From Octopus bimaculoides (taxonomy: Eukaryota): DNA of 64,000 bases. Position 1 is the first letter of the stretch. Each line of letters opens with the position of its first letter. Of the stretch, positions 22,929 through 60,069 are shown piece by piece. The stretch is from contig NC_068981.1 in assembly GCF_001194135.2 (NCBI RefSeq), positions 132,334,217-132,398,216 of the forward strand, given 5' to 3'. The position numbers were made by a program, and so were the translations under genes. The notes under the pieces were generated by a model. The model did not search any database. It had not been told where the DNA came from and worked only from the letters and a program-made list of their open reading frames with translations.

Positions 22929-25900
22929 TTTCAGCTGTTGGATGGATTACTTGCAGGTACTTTAACTGTAAAAGAATGGAATATTTGAGTATGTGTAGGT
23001 CTGTATTTATGTGTATCTTTGTGTGAATGTGTGTTTATGTGTGTGTATGTGTATACACACACACACACACACACACAGGTATACAAGTTCAAGCACACAT
23101 TACGTGTCATACAAATTGAGACATGATAAAATTATGCACGAAGATCTGTGTCTTGTGCTATAATTAGACCGACATTACAACCAGAATATTATAGATAAAT
23201 AAAAGTATTGATTGTTTGAAATCAAGTGTTACTAATTACTGCCAACAATGTGCTATGGCTAACGATACACCAGCAATCTAAGTGGGCTAGTTAAATGCTA
23301 TTTCTAGAAGATAAGTTTCTAGGGTTACATACCTATTTAATTTAGACAGGTTAGAATATTTATAAAGCATGTTATCTTGAAATTGTGCTAGAGTTAAGCA
23401 ATAAAGTTGTCCAAGACGATTTGTTCCAGATGTTGAACATCCTCAAAGTATGTGTCAATTTTATTTAATATTCAAAGATCAAATTCCTTTCCAGCTAGTA
23501 TATAGACATATCATTCATTTATCTTGGACTGGATAGGCTTAAGTTATCCAAAATACACTGCAGTGAGATGAAGCTTTGGTAGAACTCATGTGTCTATAAA
23601 TTATCTGTAAGGTTAATATGTATAATAAACAGAATCTGCTATTTCTCAAAAAGAGTATTATAAGGATACATCTACTCACCCCTAAACTGTATCTTATTAC
23701 ACTTCCCACACCTCAATACAGGTCTCAGGAATAATAGTGAAGCTACTGGAAAACCATGGATTTGTTTGGGAAACTAGCTTTAATCAAGAAAAGGGGAGTC
23801 AAAGTGGGGAAGGGTATAGGAAGATGAAGGTAGGAAGGAAAACATAAAGTGGTGAAAGATGAGGACAGTTGAAAGTGGAAGGAATAAAGAAACTTTAAAG
23901 GTAAACAATATCAAATGCCTGTGCATACATCAGGTTCTAAATGAGTGATGACAATATTTTGAAGTTGCATGATAGGTACTTCTTCAAATGCCTGAATTTC
24001 CTGAATACCTCTGATCTTGTGTTTAAAAGAGGTTTTGGTTATGAAAGTTTTGAGGAATTTCCTCTTCTCTGCCTTGCACAAATCACATCTTTTCTTGATA
24101 ATATCTTAGAAAGGTCCAAGGCAGTGAGCTGGCAAAATCATTACTGCATCAGGAAAAATGCTTAGTGACATTTCATCCAATTTTACCGTCTGAGTTCAAA
24201 TACCACCAGGGTCAACTTTTCCTCTCAGGATCGATAAAATAAGTACTACTTGAAAACTGAAATCAATGTGATTGACTTGTCACCTGCCTCAAAATTGCTG
24301 GCCTTGTGCCAAAATTTGAAACTTAAGGTAGCAAGCTGGCAAAATCAGCATATTGAGCAAAATGCTTAGTGGCATTTTGTGTGTTGCAACGTTCTGAGTT
24401 TTTTGTTGAAGCAGACTTTACCTTTCATTTTTTCAGGGTTAATAAAATAAGTACCAGTTCAGCATTAGGGTTGATGTAAACAACTTATCCCACTCCCAAA
24501 ATTGCTGGCCTTGTGCCAAAATTTGAAACCAATATCTTAGAAAGGTCCAGACCTAATATGGTATAAAGGAAACCAATCACTTTTCTTTTAAGCAAGTCAT
24601 AGTGAAAATGAGAACAACAACATATATACTGGGATTGAAAATATAAAAGAATGTTGAAAATTTCCCTCTAAACTGACACAAAGTCATGCACATACACACT
24701 TACATAGATATACCATATATATATACATATGATGGGCTTCCACAGTTTGTTTACTAATTTCACTCACAAAGCATTGGTTGGTCCAGGGTTATAGTAGAAG
24801 ACACTTGCCCACAGTACTGTGCAGTGGGACTGAACCCAAAACCATGTGGTTGCAAAAGCAAGCTTCTTAACCACACAGCCATGCCTGCACTTATGAAAAA
24901 GTAAGAATATGGCAGCGCCTAAAAACTAGAGGAAGTAAAGATGAGAATAGAGTTTTAAAAATTACCTGAAAAAAAAGAGTAAGCCTAATAAAATATGAGA
25001 ATAAATTAGATGAGCAGTTAGCTGTAAATGTGACAGTGAGCAATACATAAGGCCATAGGGTAAAGTTCTCAAGAGTAGTAAGATTATTAACAAGGGGTTA
25101 ACTAGTAATGTATGCATAAAGCATACTGTTAAGATAAATAGATTAATAATGAAATCAATGATAGATAATGAAAAGAAAGTTTACTAAAGCAGGTGATTAA
25201 GGAATCTATAAATAAAGTATGAATAATAATGATAATTGTTTCTGACACAAGGCCAGTATATACTATACACACAGACAAATGTATTTCATGATAGGATATA
25301 ACCATACCATAGACATCACTTACAGGTGAGTTTGACCTGATAGAATCTGTCACACTTTTGCTAGTTGTTTTATGTATGCATGTAGTTGTGAGCAGACATA
25401 GAAAGTCCTTCAGCTCTTCTACTTTTGACTCAGTGGGAAATGCAGTATGTAACAGCTGGAAAGAGTGGGGAGGCTGCATGAAAATTTTTTTTTAAATGGT
25501 TTGTACTCATTTTTCAGCTGTGTTATTTTCCAAACAGAAGTTAATTAAGGGATATCTAATATGTAATGAAAAAATGTATGTAAACAATTGTAATTACTGC
25601 TGTAAGTAAGTTGGCCAACCAAGGTGGAATGAACCGTTTTGGGAGCAATAATGGGGTATATCCAATAGATTTGATAGAAGAATCAATAAAGGGGGGAAAA
25701 AAACCCCCTCAAAGAATGCAAATCTGAAACTAAAACTACGAGCAAAAACACTCCAACCATGACAATCCAGTTCTTTTTTTCCATCATAATCTATCTAAGG
25801 ATACATTTTTTAATATGCTTTTAGTTACAATGGTAAGGTATGGTATAAGAGAGATTTGGCAACTATTGTTAGCAAGTTGAGCCAATGTCCTCATTTGGTT

Positions 25901-26204
25901 GGATGTGGTTGTTAGGAACCTACCATGTGGTTAACTTTTTGTTTTTCTTTTACAAAGTATCAAAAGAAATAGATTAAAAAGGCAAGACTCTTCTATTTCA
26001 TTTCAGGAATTCTATAAGCAAACAACTTTTGGACAGATTTGATCAAGTGGATTATCGTTCTCAAAATGAAGAGACCAAACTTGAAAGACATTTTCTAATA
26101 TGGATTGAACATTTTACCAAGAACTTTTTATCTGAAACTGTCATGATATTGGAGTTGGGTTTCAAAGTCATGAGAAAATAGTGAAAACAATCAAAGAATT
26201 TCTA

Positions 26205-26568
26205 AGCAAGAGCACTCAGAGAGAGCAAACTACTGCCAAGGTAACACCAACATCCTCTCAATGATTAGTCAGAGATGATTTTTAAAATGAGAATATCTGA
26301 AATAAACTCAACTGCTCTCACAAATGAGAATACTAAAAATGAACCTGACTGCTCTCAAAAATTAAGTAAAAAAAAAAAGAACGAAAAATAATGCAGAATC
26401 CTTGTTCAATACCAGATTGATCTCAAAATCTAATCAGTTTGTGCCAGTCACAAGGCCATCTCTGAAAGTTTCATCCAAATCCATCCAGTGGTTCTTGATA
26501 TATCTTGTCCAAACAAACAAACATGACTGAAAACAATACCTCCACCTTTGCTAAGGCGGAGGTAATAA
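26205..26568 (-). mobile_element. non-autonomous element with subterminal IR and stem-loop (Helentron/HINE-like)
   Basis: Hairpin ACCTCCACCTT-TGCT-AAGGCGGAGGT at 26538-26563, degenerate partner AAACTACTGCCAAGG near 26227; classification is inference. Confidence 0.4.
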
Positions 26569-27538
26569 AGAAAATGAAACTATTCTAGTCAACTGCAAAA
26601 ACAATTTACAAACATTTTAATAGGATTCTTTTCTCAGCTAAACATAACCTGCATTTTCTGCTGTGATTAAAATAAGGCTTGCATTCCTTTAAGATTTTCC
26701 ACTTGATATACTTCATTGTACTGTTGTACAATTCTCAGAGAATCAGCAGATTTACCTAAAGTGCAGGAACAAAATTTTCAGTCCATACCCACATGAGAAG
26801 ATATATATATTGTTTTATGTACAGGTCCCACCATGATTATAATCACTAGGTTCTCAACCACTGGCCCTTCCAGCATCACACCCTGAAAATCCAACAAAGT
26901 CTTTAACCAAAACATACATCAATGTACAGATATACATGTGCAACCAAACATAGGCTTAAAAGTTTGGACACCAACGCTCGCAAAAAACTCCTCCCTACAT
27001 ATATACCAACCCCTTACCCTCCACCTCATCCCACTGGACTCTTGCTGCTTTACAGTCACTCCAGATTCTTTAGGAGCCAAGAAATATAATAACCTTGATA
27101 AACCCCTCGCCTTTTAGCCTCCTGCTACTGTGTTTCATCTTTCTTCACAACAACCACAAGTCCAATGGGACATTTTTTTACCTCCAGTAACACAGAGCAG
27201 TCACCATATTTTTTCCATACCTGCCATCTCTGAAGAGAATATGGTGTTAGTTAACCCTCTGTTCTTTGATATCTGATTATCTAATACCAGCGTGAAACTG
27301 ATTTGTAAGATAGGCTGAAATCTATATTACTGTATACTTTCATTAATGAGAAATATATGAGTGCATATTTTTCTGAATTATGGATTCTTGGACGACAAAC
27401 TTAAGTACATAACATATGTTTAATATAAGAAAAGTTGCAGTCCAGTGGTTACAACCCTTTATAATAAACAGTAATCTAGTATTATCAGCAAATAGAACTT
27501 TTATTATTTTGAGCAAATCATTTATACACACACACATA

Positions 27539-27577
<39 letters not shown>

Positions 27578-27589
27578 CTTCAGCCATTA

Positions 27590-28250
27590 GACCATGTTTG
27601 GATGGTGCTTTTTACGTGCCACCGGCATGGGGAGCCAGTCAGGCAGCTCTGGCAGCAACCTACGTATGAATGGTGCTTACTGCATGCTACCAGTACTGGT
27701 AATGGCCACAATAACAATTTCCATTTGATTTGATTTTGATTTACTTGACTCAATAGGTCTCCTGAAGCACAGCATGTTGCCTGACGATTCAAAGGTACTT
27801 TTTAAATGGGCTGGTTATGCGATACTGGTGTAGGCTACGTCTGTGATCTCACTTTCCTTGCCGGGTCTTCTCAATCACAGCATACCTTCAGAGGTCTCGG
27901 CCTTTTGTCATTGCCTCTGTGAGGCCCAACGTTCAAAGATCATGCTTCACTACCTCATCCCATGTCTTCCTGAGTCTCCCTCTTCCATGGGTTCCTCCCA
28001 CTGTTAGAGTGTGATACTTCTTCAAACAGCTCTCCTCATCCATACATGGCACATGCCCATACCAGCGCAGTCGTCTCTGTTGCACACCACATCTGATGCT
28101 TCTTATGCCCAACATTTCTCTCAGGGGGCTTACATCCTGTTGTGCGTGCAGACTGACATTACACATCTAGCAGATCATACTAGCTTCATTTCTTTCAAGT
28201 CTACGCATGTCTTCAGCAGTCACAGCACCTGTTTCACTGCCGCGTAGCAA
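27590..28250 (-). mobile_element. RTE-clade LINE 3' fragment (related pieces ~34630-35065, ~60770-61330)
   Basis: IRCGVQQRRLRWYGHV..M.E.SC.KK...L.V.G..GRGR.RKTW.EVVK.DL is the typical RTE ORF C-terminus. Confidence 0.85.
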
Positions 28251-28299
28251 TCGGTCTTTTTTTTTTGCCAAAACGGTAAGTTACGGGGATATAAACACC

Positions 28300-31200
28300 A
28301 ACACTAGCATACACTAAGCACCTCTATCGCAACAGAATGAGTTAGGGAAAATAAGATAATTTGTTGATCAATTACTGTTTCAATACATGCCATTTAAAAT
28401 ATTTGCGAGAGTTGTGGTACCGCACGCTCGCAAGGGTGTTTGGCTGTTTCAGTGTTTCAACCTAGCGATCAGACATGGTAGTGTTTTGGGTTACTTCAAA
28501 GCCTTTTTTGAAAATGTCAGTATTCCCTGGTGCGATGTAATAAAAAAAGGGGGGGGGGGTATGCACACCTTATTTTATTTACTTTTCTTTCTACACAATT
28601 TTTTGGGGGGCATTTTTTTCTTACTTTTTCTACGGAAATGTATTGTGTTCTTCGATAAATAACTCGTGATTTCTTTTTAAAGTTTTGGGGAATCCCTTAA
28701 ATTACCCTATATTTTTATAACACGTTGTTCACCACCTAACGTTTAAGCTCTGATTACAAAGATTCCAAATATTTTACCGGGAATACACGAAACGATAAAT
28801 GAGTTTCATCATTTCGCTGCAATATGTACCAAATCAATCTGGTGGTGTCACCTTTGTAAAAAATATATTTCATACAATAACAACCTTTAAAAAAAAGTAA
28901 TAAAAATATATCTTTTAAGTATTGTTGTTTGTTTTTCTTCAGAAAAATTAATGGCGTTCGTGTTTGTTTTGTAGAGATTAGTTTCATTTTCTTTTAATTT
29001 TGTGGCAGTAATATGCAAGAAAGGCTGCCGATTGCCAGACAAAATACGAGATAATCATGTCTGGAAAGCTTTTGGTCAAATAGTTTGTTCGATTATTGAC
29101 TAACATCAATAAAGTATCTATCCCGTTATCCAAAAGTCTGCATTATGTACGCAGCAACAATAGGAAACAACGACGCAATTTAGTTGAAAACAATTGTTCC
29201 TTTATCAACTTGTATTAAGTAGTACTATTTGCACTTTTCTTAATTATAACATATCAATATGAACAAAAGAACAGTTAATTTCTTTGTTAGAATATATATT
29301 TTGACGGTAGTAAGATTAGTTTGACTAGATGTATAAATGGGATCCAAGAATTGTTTGTATACTTCTGCTATCAGAAAATCAAAATACATAATTTATTTCA
29401 ATTTACGTTGAATACAATAGGAGAATGCCCCGAGACTTTCACCCATGTGTCAAATATATATAGGGTGAAAGTATCAAATAGTACCTATATATTTATCAAA
29501 TAAGAGATCCGATGCCTAATAAACATCTGCAATCCACCTCTGTTCTTCCTATTCAAATAAAATGTCTGCGTCTCTCGGCTTCTCTGGGGTCGCTCGACTT
29601 GCTAGTAGATCCAAATTATTCCTTCTTATACCATATCGGCTGAAACAAAACAGGAGTTACAGTATACCAAGGGCTATATTATCCAATGCTCGAACATAAG
29701 ATGGATGGCTACGGCTGGAAAGCCTCTGATCTTAGATCAGCTCCATTAGAGTTGACTTGCGACAAAAAAAATGTCCATTGTTTTTTATGAATTAACACTA
29801 CAGAATTTAGATGGCAAGATATAGGTGATGTAGTGTTTATTATTAACATAGTACAGTTTACTATAGCGATGCTCATATATAAACATACATATACAGAGCA
29901 AAGTAAACAGACACACAAACATGCGGAGCTGAGTAGACATGTGTAGACAGGTTTTATTATTAAAGTACAACTCCGCCGAGGTCGACTTTGATTTTCATCG
30001 TTTTGGGGTCGAAAAAATAAATACCAGTTAAGCATTGGAGTCGATGTAATCGACTTATTGCCAACCCCCAAAATTTCAGGCTCTGTGCCTATAACAGAAA
30101 AGATTATTATTATCATTACAGTACAACGAGCAATAAAATGTCCAGATAATAGATAACATTAAAAAAAAAGATATAGATAACTCACGATAAAAACAATTCA
30201 GATATAATATTATTACTGAATTGAAATTTCGACGTTGGTTAACGATAATTCATCAAACTCCTTCTGATCCAAAAGTGAAGTTAATTAATCTACAAGATGT
30301 GAAGTCGCTATTCAAGGCAGGGGTGTCGTAGTTTTCACAACACAGATTAAGAAAGAAAACAAAAGCAGTAAATTAGAAACGCTACGGAGGAAAGTAAAAA
30401 TGGACTATCTCTTTTGTTTTATAAATAAATTTAAGTCTTTCAACAGTTGAAGAAGCCTGCTTTTGTTTTGATTACAGACCACAAACAATTGTTGAATTAT
30501 TATTAAAGAACACAAGACAGATTGGGGTTTTTTTCATATCTAAAGCTTCAGTAGTTTAATACTCTAACATAGTCTTGTTCTTTAACTACAGAGTTAAACG
30601 TCTATTCCAAGGACAATATTGCATTGGGCATTTTATTATTTGTTTTATTACTGTAGTTACAAACTACTATAGAAATTGGTTCTTTTTTAATTATTAATAT
30701 TTTTTTAATTGTGTTCCAATATTAAAAATATTAATCACTTACCTAATGTTTTCTTTTTCCTTTTTCCGAACCGGATATAAAATTAAAATTCGTTCAAAAT
30801 GATTCTTCACAGATGTTACGGAAGGTGCCTAATAAAAAACTAATAATTTCTACCAAAAACTAAATCGCTTCATTAATGATTCGAGAATTCGTTCATAATT
30901 TAAACGACATATGTCTATAATCTACTTTATAAACGTTTCGTGAAAAATAGCAGAAATTTATTCTTTAGTCATTAATAAATCTTCGCTAAAGAGGTTCGAA
31001 GGCAATTTGGAAACTCCGAACAAAAAACTTTATATTTTTGATTTATTTATCTTTCTATTTTTGTTTTAGTTATTGGACTGCCCACATGTTATTGCTCTAG
31101 GGCATTAACTTAAAGAATTTAGCTAGGAAAATCGACTCCCAGTACTTATTTTCAAAGTCTGATACTTGTTCTATCGATTCTGTTGACGAACCGTTAAGGG

Positions 31201-31600
31201 TAAACAAATCAACACCATTTGTCATACGATAGTGGGAGACAACTACAACACATACACACTCATGTGTGTGTACACACACATAAATTTGACATGGGCGATT
31301 CTTTCTTGTCTTGGGATTCACGGTCAAACGGCTGGGTGGAATTGTGCGAAAAATTACACAAATGTGTAGAATGATCCGGTGGTGATGCTATAATAATACT
31401 CTTGTGTTTATGAATGTGAAAGGAAGGAAGGGGTGATGTCATACTTGGTAGTGGGATGATGAAAATTGTACGCTGAAAAAAAAAATCAAACAGCGTTTCA
31501 ACTTTCTGAATATATGTGTGTTTGTAAAAGGAAGGTATGCGAATGTATGTGTGTGTGCGCGCAATGGAAGTGGGATGGTTCATCTTTGTTTGCTTAATAT
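28300..31600 (-). promoter_or_regulatory. CpG-retaining region; probable promoter and first non-coding exon(s) of LDAF1
   Basis: Visibly more CpG than flanking introns despite AT-richness; strong minus-strand donors ATC/gtgagt (30185) and TAG/gtaagt (30742); upstream of the LDAF1 acceptor at 22965. Confidence 0.35.
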
Positions 31601-31797
31601 TTGGGTTTATTTTTTGATTTGGCTGAATTTTTTTTTTTTTTGTTGGTCAGTTATTTTTAGCGCTTTGATAGAAAAAAGTCATTCTAAAATTTTTTTTTAA
31701 TGTAAGCATGCTCAAACAAGTCGAATGCTTACACAGAGCAGGTTTTACAGCCACATCATCCAAACAGACCTGGTGAAACTGGGCTTAGCTGCTAGTA

Positions 31798-32607
31798 NNN
31801 NNNNNNNNNNNNNNNNNNNNNNNNNNNNNNNNNNNNNNNNNNNNNNNNNNNNNNNNNNNNNNNNNNNNNNNNNNNNNNNNNNNNNNNNNNNNNNNNNNNN
31901 NNNNNNNNNNNNNNNNNNNNNNNNNNNNNNNNNNNNNNNNNNNNNNNNNNNNNNNNNNNNNNNNNNNNNNNNNNNNNNNNNNNNNNNNNNNNNNNNNNNN
32001 NNNNNNNNNNNNNNNNNNNNNNNNNNNNNNNNNNNNNNNNNNNNNNNNNNNNNNNNNNNNNNNNNNNNNNNNNNNNNNNNNNNNNNNNNNNNNNNNNNNN
32101 NNNNNNNNNNNNNNNNNNNNNNNNNNNNNNNNNNNNNNNNNNNNNNNNNNNNNNNNNNNNNNNNNNNNNNNNNNNNNNNNNNNNNNNNNNNNNNNNNNNN
32201 NNNNNNNNNNNNNNNNNNNNNNNNNNNNNNNNNNNNNNNNNNNNNNNNNNNNNNNNNNNNNNNNNNNNNNNNNNNNNNNNNNNNNNNNNNNNNNNNNNNN
32301 NNNNNNNNNNNNNNNNNNNNNNNNNNNNNNNNNNNNNNNNNNNNNNNNNNNNNNNNNNNNNNNNNNNNNNNNNNNNNNNNNNNNNNNNNNNNNNNNNNNN
32401 NNNNNNNNNNNNNNNNNNNNNNNNNNNNNNNNNNNNNNNNNNNNNNNNNNNNNNNNNNNNNNNNNNNNNNNNNNNNNNNNNNNNNNNNNNNNNNNNNNNN
32501 NNNNNNNNNNNNNNNNNNNNNNNNNNNNNNNNNNNNNNNNNNNNNNNNNNNNNNNNNNNNNNNNNNNNNNNNNNNNNNNNNNNNNNNNNNNNNNNNNNNN
32601 NNNNNNN
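31798..32607. other. assembly gap (others: 33744-34123, 38385-38735, 41891-42393, 50680-50689, 52919-53607, 62409-62418, 63237-63661)
   Basis: Runs of N; all long X-rich ORFs in the track are artefacts of these. Confidence 1.
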
Positions 32608-33594
32608 CATGAAAGGGCTAAGGTGTAGGTGCAGGAGGTGGTCAAACTCTGTTTAAGGAGTAGACAACCACCATATATATATATATATGGTATTCTTTCG
32701 ATTTGAATTGAAAAAAAGCAAAACATTGTCTCTGTGTATGTGTGTGCTTGTTCCTCTTTGCATACATGCTTGTTCTTTGTGTGAGTGTGTGTGGGGGGGG
32801 GGCGTTCTTGTTTGTGTGTGTGTGTGTGCATGTGCATGTTGCAATATTTCTGCTCTTTAGAGGTTGAAAAAAAACCCCACATGGACTACTATAATTGATA
32901 TGGTGTTCTCGTTTTCTGTTTGGAAATTTATGGATTTTACATACACACATGAAGCAGGTAAGAACAAATATGCAAGGCTTTTTTCCTTCAAGTTTAAAAT
33001 GCAACATTGCTGGTATAATTTCGTTAATCTATATTCCACAACACATAAATACATAAAAACAGAACAGGCACACACACACACACACACACACAAAGAACAA
33101 GCACACACACACACACACACATCACAAATTCTATGGAAATTACCTTTTCCTATTCTGTCATTCCTGTTTGTGAGGAGTGTAATATCAAAACGTGATCTTC
33201 CATTTAAATTTACAAGGAAGTTATCTCAGAAACCTTGTCCTTTACCTGTTGTTTCTAGCATGTCTGAGATGACATTTGCATATCCCCCCTCCACTTATTT
33301 CTTTCCTCAATTTAATCACATTCCTATGTTTTCCATACAGGAAATTTGCATTTCGCCCAAAAGTGGGTAGCCAATGAGTGATTTCTCCAACTTGAAGATT
33401 GTTAAAAGTTTTGGTTGAAAATTTATTTTTACTGCTATTCGCTGGTGCCTCTGGGAAAAATAAGTTGACGAAAATACAGCTAGGGTCATGACGAATGTCC
33501 TCCTAAAATTGGAGCGACATGCGTGCTAATTTTTGGACGTGTATAAATTACATTCACGTACACACGCATCCTGCCTTTTATATATACAGATAAA

Positions 33595-33631
<37 letters not shown>

Positions 33632-34208
33632 ATGTATATGTTTATGCGTCTGTGTTTGTCCCCCCACCATCACTTGACAACTGAGGCTGGTGTATTTATG
33701 TCTCTGTAACTTAGCGGTTCGGCAAGAGACCGACAGAATAAGTNNNNNNNNNNNNNNNNNNNNNNNNNNNNNNNNNNNNNNNNNNNNNNNNNNNNNNNNN
33801 NNNNNNNNNNNNNNNNNNNNNNNNNNNNNNNNNNNNNNNNNNNNNNNNNNNNNNNNNNNNNNNNNNNNNNNNNNNNNNNNNNNNNNNNNNNNNNNNNNNN
33901 NNNNNNNNNNNNNNNNNNNNNNNNNNNNNNNNNNNNNNNNNNNNNNNNNNNNNNNNNNNNNNNNNNNNNNNNNNNNNNNNNNNNNNNNNNNNNNNNNNNN
34001 NNNNNNNNNNNNNNNNNNNNNNNNNNNNNNNNNNNNNNNNNNNNNNNNNNNNNNNNNNNNNNNNNNNNNNNNNNNNNNNNNNNNNNNNNNNNNNNNNNNN
34101 NNNNNNNNNNNNNNNNNNNNNNNATAATATAGGATAAATTCTTTATAAAAACCTCATAATGAAAAATTTCGTAATGAAAAAATTCATCGTTTCTTCATAG
34201 ATATATTT

Positions 34209-34378
34209 AATTATATATAAAGGGCATTAACTGTGTATTAATGCCTCACGCTATTGAGGGACTAAATAAGTAAAAAAAACTACCAAAAAAGTGCTTATTT
34301 TTGGTAGTTTTTTTTACTTATTTAGTCCCTCGATAGTGTGAGGCATTAATACACAGTTAATGCCCTTTGTATATAATT
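34209..34378. repeat. near-perfect palindrome, 81-bp arms, 8-nt loop
   Basis: 34209-34289 pairs with 34298-34378 with 3 mismatches. Confidence 0.9.
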
Positions 34379-35564
34379 ATATATATATATATTGATTCAT
34401 TCTCGAAAGATGCCTGTTGCTATTTTTTGTTGTTTGTATTCGTAATTGTGAACCATGTTCTCCTTTTTTTCTTGTTTGTTTTTTTTATCATTCATTCATT
34501 ATTGTAATAATAGCATGAGAAAGCAAAATACTTTCAATTCTGTCAGTATACAAGCGGCCCTCAAAAAAACTTTCTGTGATTTAAGTGGCCCGTAATGTAA
34601 TTTGAGTGGGCCAGGCCTAGGTTAGACAGTTTAACTGAAATTGGTAAGTTGGAGAGCTGCACCAGGTTCCAATCTGATTTAGCATGGTTGCTACAGCTGG
34701 ATGCTCTTCCTAACACCAACCACTCCACGAGTGTAATGGGTGCTTTTTACATGCCACCAGCATGGGTACCATTTACATGATACCGGCAATAGCTATGACT
34801 ATGATTTCACTTGGCTTGTTGAGTCTTCTCAAGCATGGTATATTGCTATGATCTCAGCCACTTATCATTGCCTCCATGAGACCCAACGTTCAAAGGGAGT
34901 TTTTTACATGCCACCAGCCTGGGTACCTGTTACATGACACTGGTATTGACCATGACCACGGTTTCACTTGGCTTGACAGGTCTTCTCAACCATAGCATGT
35001 CGCCAAAGGTATCAGTCACTTGTCATTGCCTCCATGAGGCCCAATGTTTGAAGATCATGCTTCTCCACCTGGGGCCTATGTCTTCATTTGATATATTTTA
35101 ATATAAATATACCACAGAAAGGTTAAGCAAATTCAGTCTTTCTCACATCTTAATATAGTCATGCATAACTGCTTTGTCTCATTTTATTTTGTCCTTTAAC
35201 AATTCTAAAAAATGTTTTGAATTTATCTTGAACAATTTGGTAAGCTGTGACACCATGAGAAGAGAAAAAAAAATTAAACTTAAGTTGAATTAAAATAAAC
35301 AAAAATTAAATAAAACAAAAGCAAAACATTGCAAAGTATGTGACCAATTTATTTGCTTCTAAAGATGAAACAGGAAATAAAATACCAATGAAAATGTTTA
35401 CTCTTTCTGAGAAGTATATCACATCTTTTTTCTAACCCTCAAGTTGTTGACATTCTTTAGTCATAGTTCAGTCTAATTGAGCAGGCCTATAATCAAAGGC
35501 GTTTCAGCCAGAGCAATCACATCTCTTTGTTTATACACTGTCCAGTGTATCCTTTCTTTATATA

Positions 35565-35691
35565 CAGGGTGTCCACAAGGTCTGGGTACATGGAGTTAAT
35601 AAAATCATAACATAAACAATTAAATATAAGAAATAATAATTTCTTAAAGTATGTGTTAATCCCCATGTACCCAGACTTTGTGGACACCCTG
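35565..35691. mobile_element. Tc1/mariner-type MITE, 127 bp
   Basis: 29-bp TIR CAGGGTGTCCACAA(G/A)GTCTGGGTACATGG with 1 mismatch; TA on both sides. Confidence 0.85.
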
Positions 35692-36206
35692 TATGATAGA
35701 ATGTGATTTGAGGAATATTTAGCTGCTATTTCTACCAGGCTGAGGAACTACATAGACACATATTTTTGCTATTGCTGCTGCTGTTGTTGTTGTTGTTAAT
35801 GATGTTGATAATGATTTAGTTATTGTTTTACATCTGTTGGAACAAACCTGTTAAACAATTTCAGTTTGCCAGCAGTTTGGGGCATGATTCCACCTTTATT
35901 ATGGGGATAAGATGATGAACTAAAAATTCAAGACATAAAACACATGGTCTCTGTTTTAAAGAATTTGATGGCAACACTGAGCAGCTTACATGGCTACATA
36001 CAGGCTACCTCATTGGCTCACGATAGTATTCTCAATGGTGGTGGTCGCGTTGTTGTTTGTAAGGTAGTTTAATTTTGGAAAGTTACGGATTGATACTTCT
36101 AAAATATAACTGATTACTAAAAAGAGAACAGAAAAATAATTAGAACATCCAGTATCCATTACAGCCACTAATTTCATTTGTGATGGACAAATATGAATAG
36201 TAACTT

Positions 36207-60069
<23,863 letters not shown>

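Noticed and set aside
23941-24165. 74-aa plus-strand ORF
   Set aside because: It runs into a SINE and has no motif or splice support.
25129-25479. 116-aa minus-strand ORF as a possible upstream LDAF1 coding exon
   Set aside because: In-frame stops precede ATG 22928 in the downstream exon, so any upstream exon is untranslated; no homology recognised.
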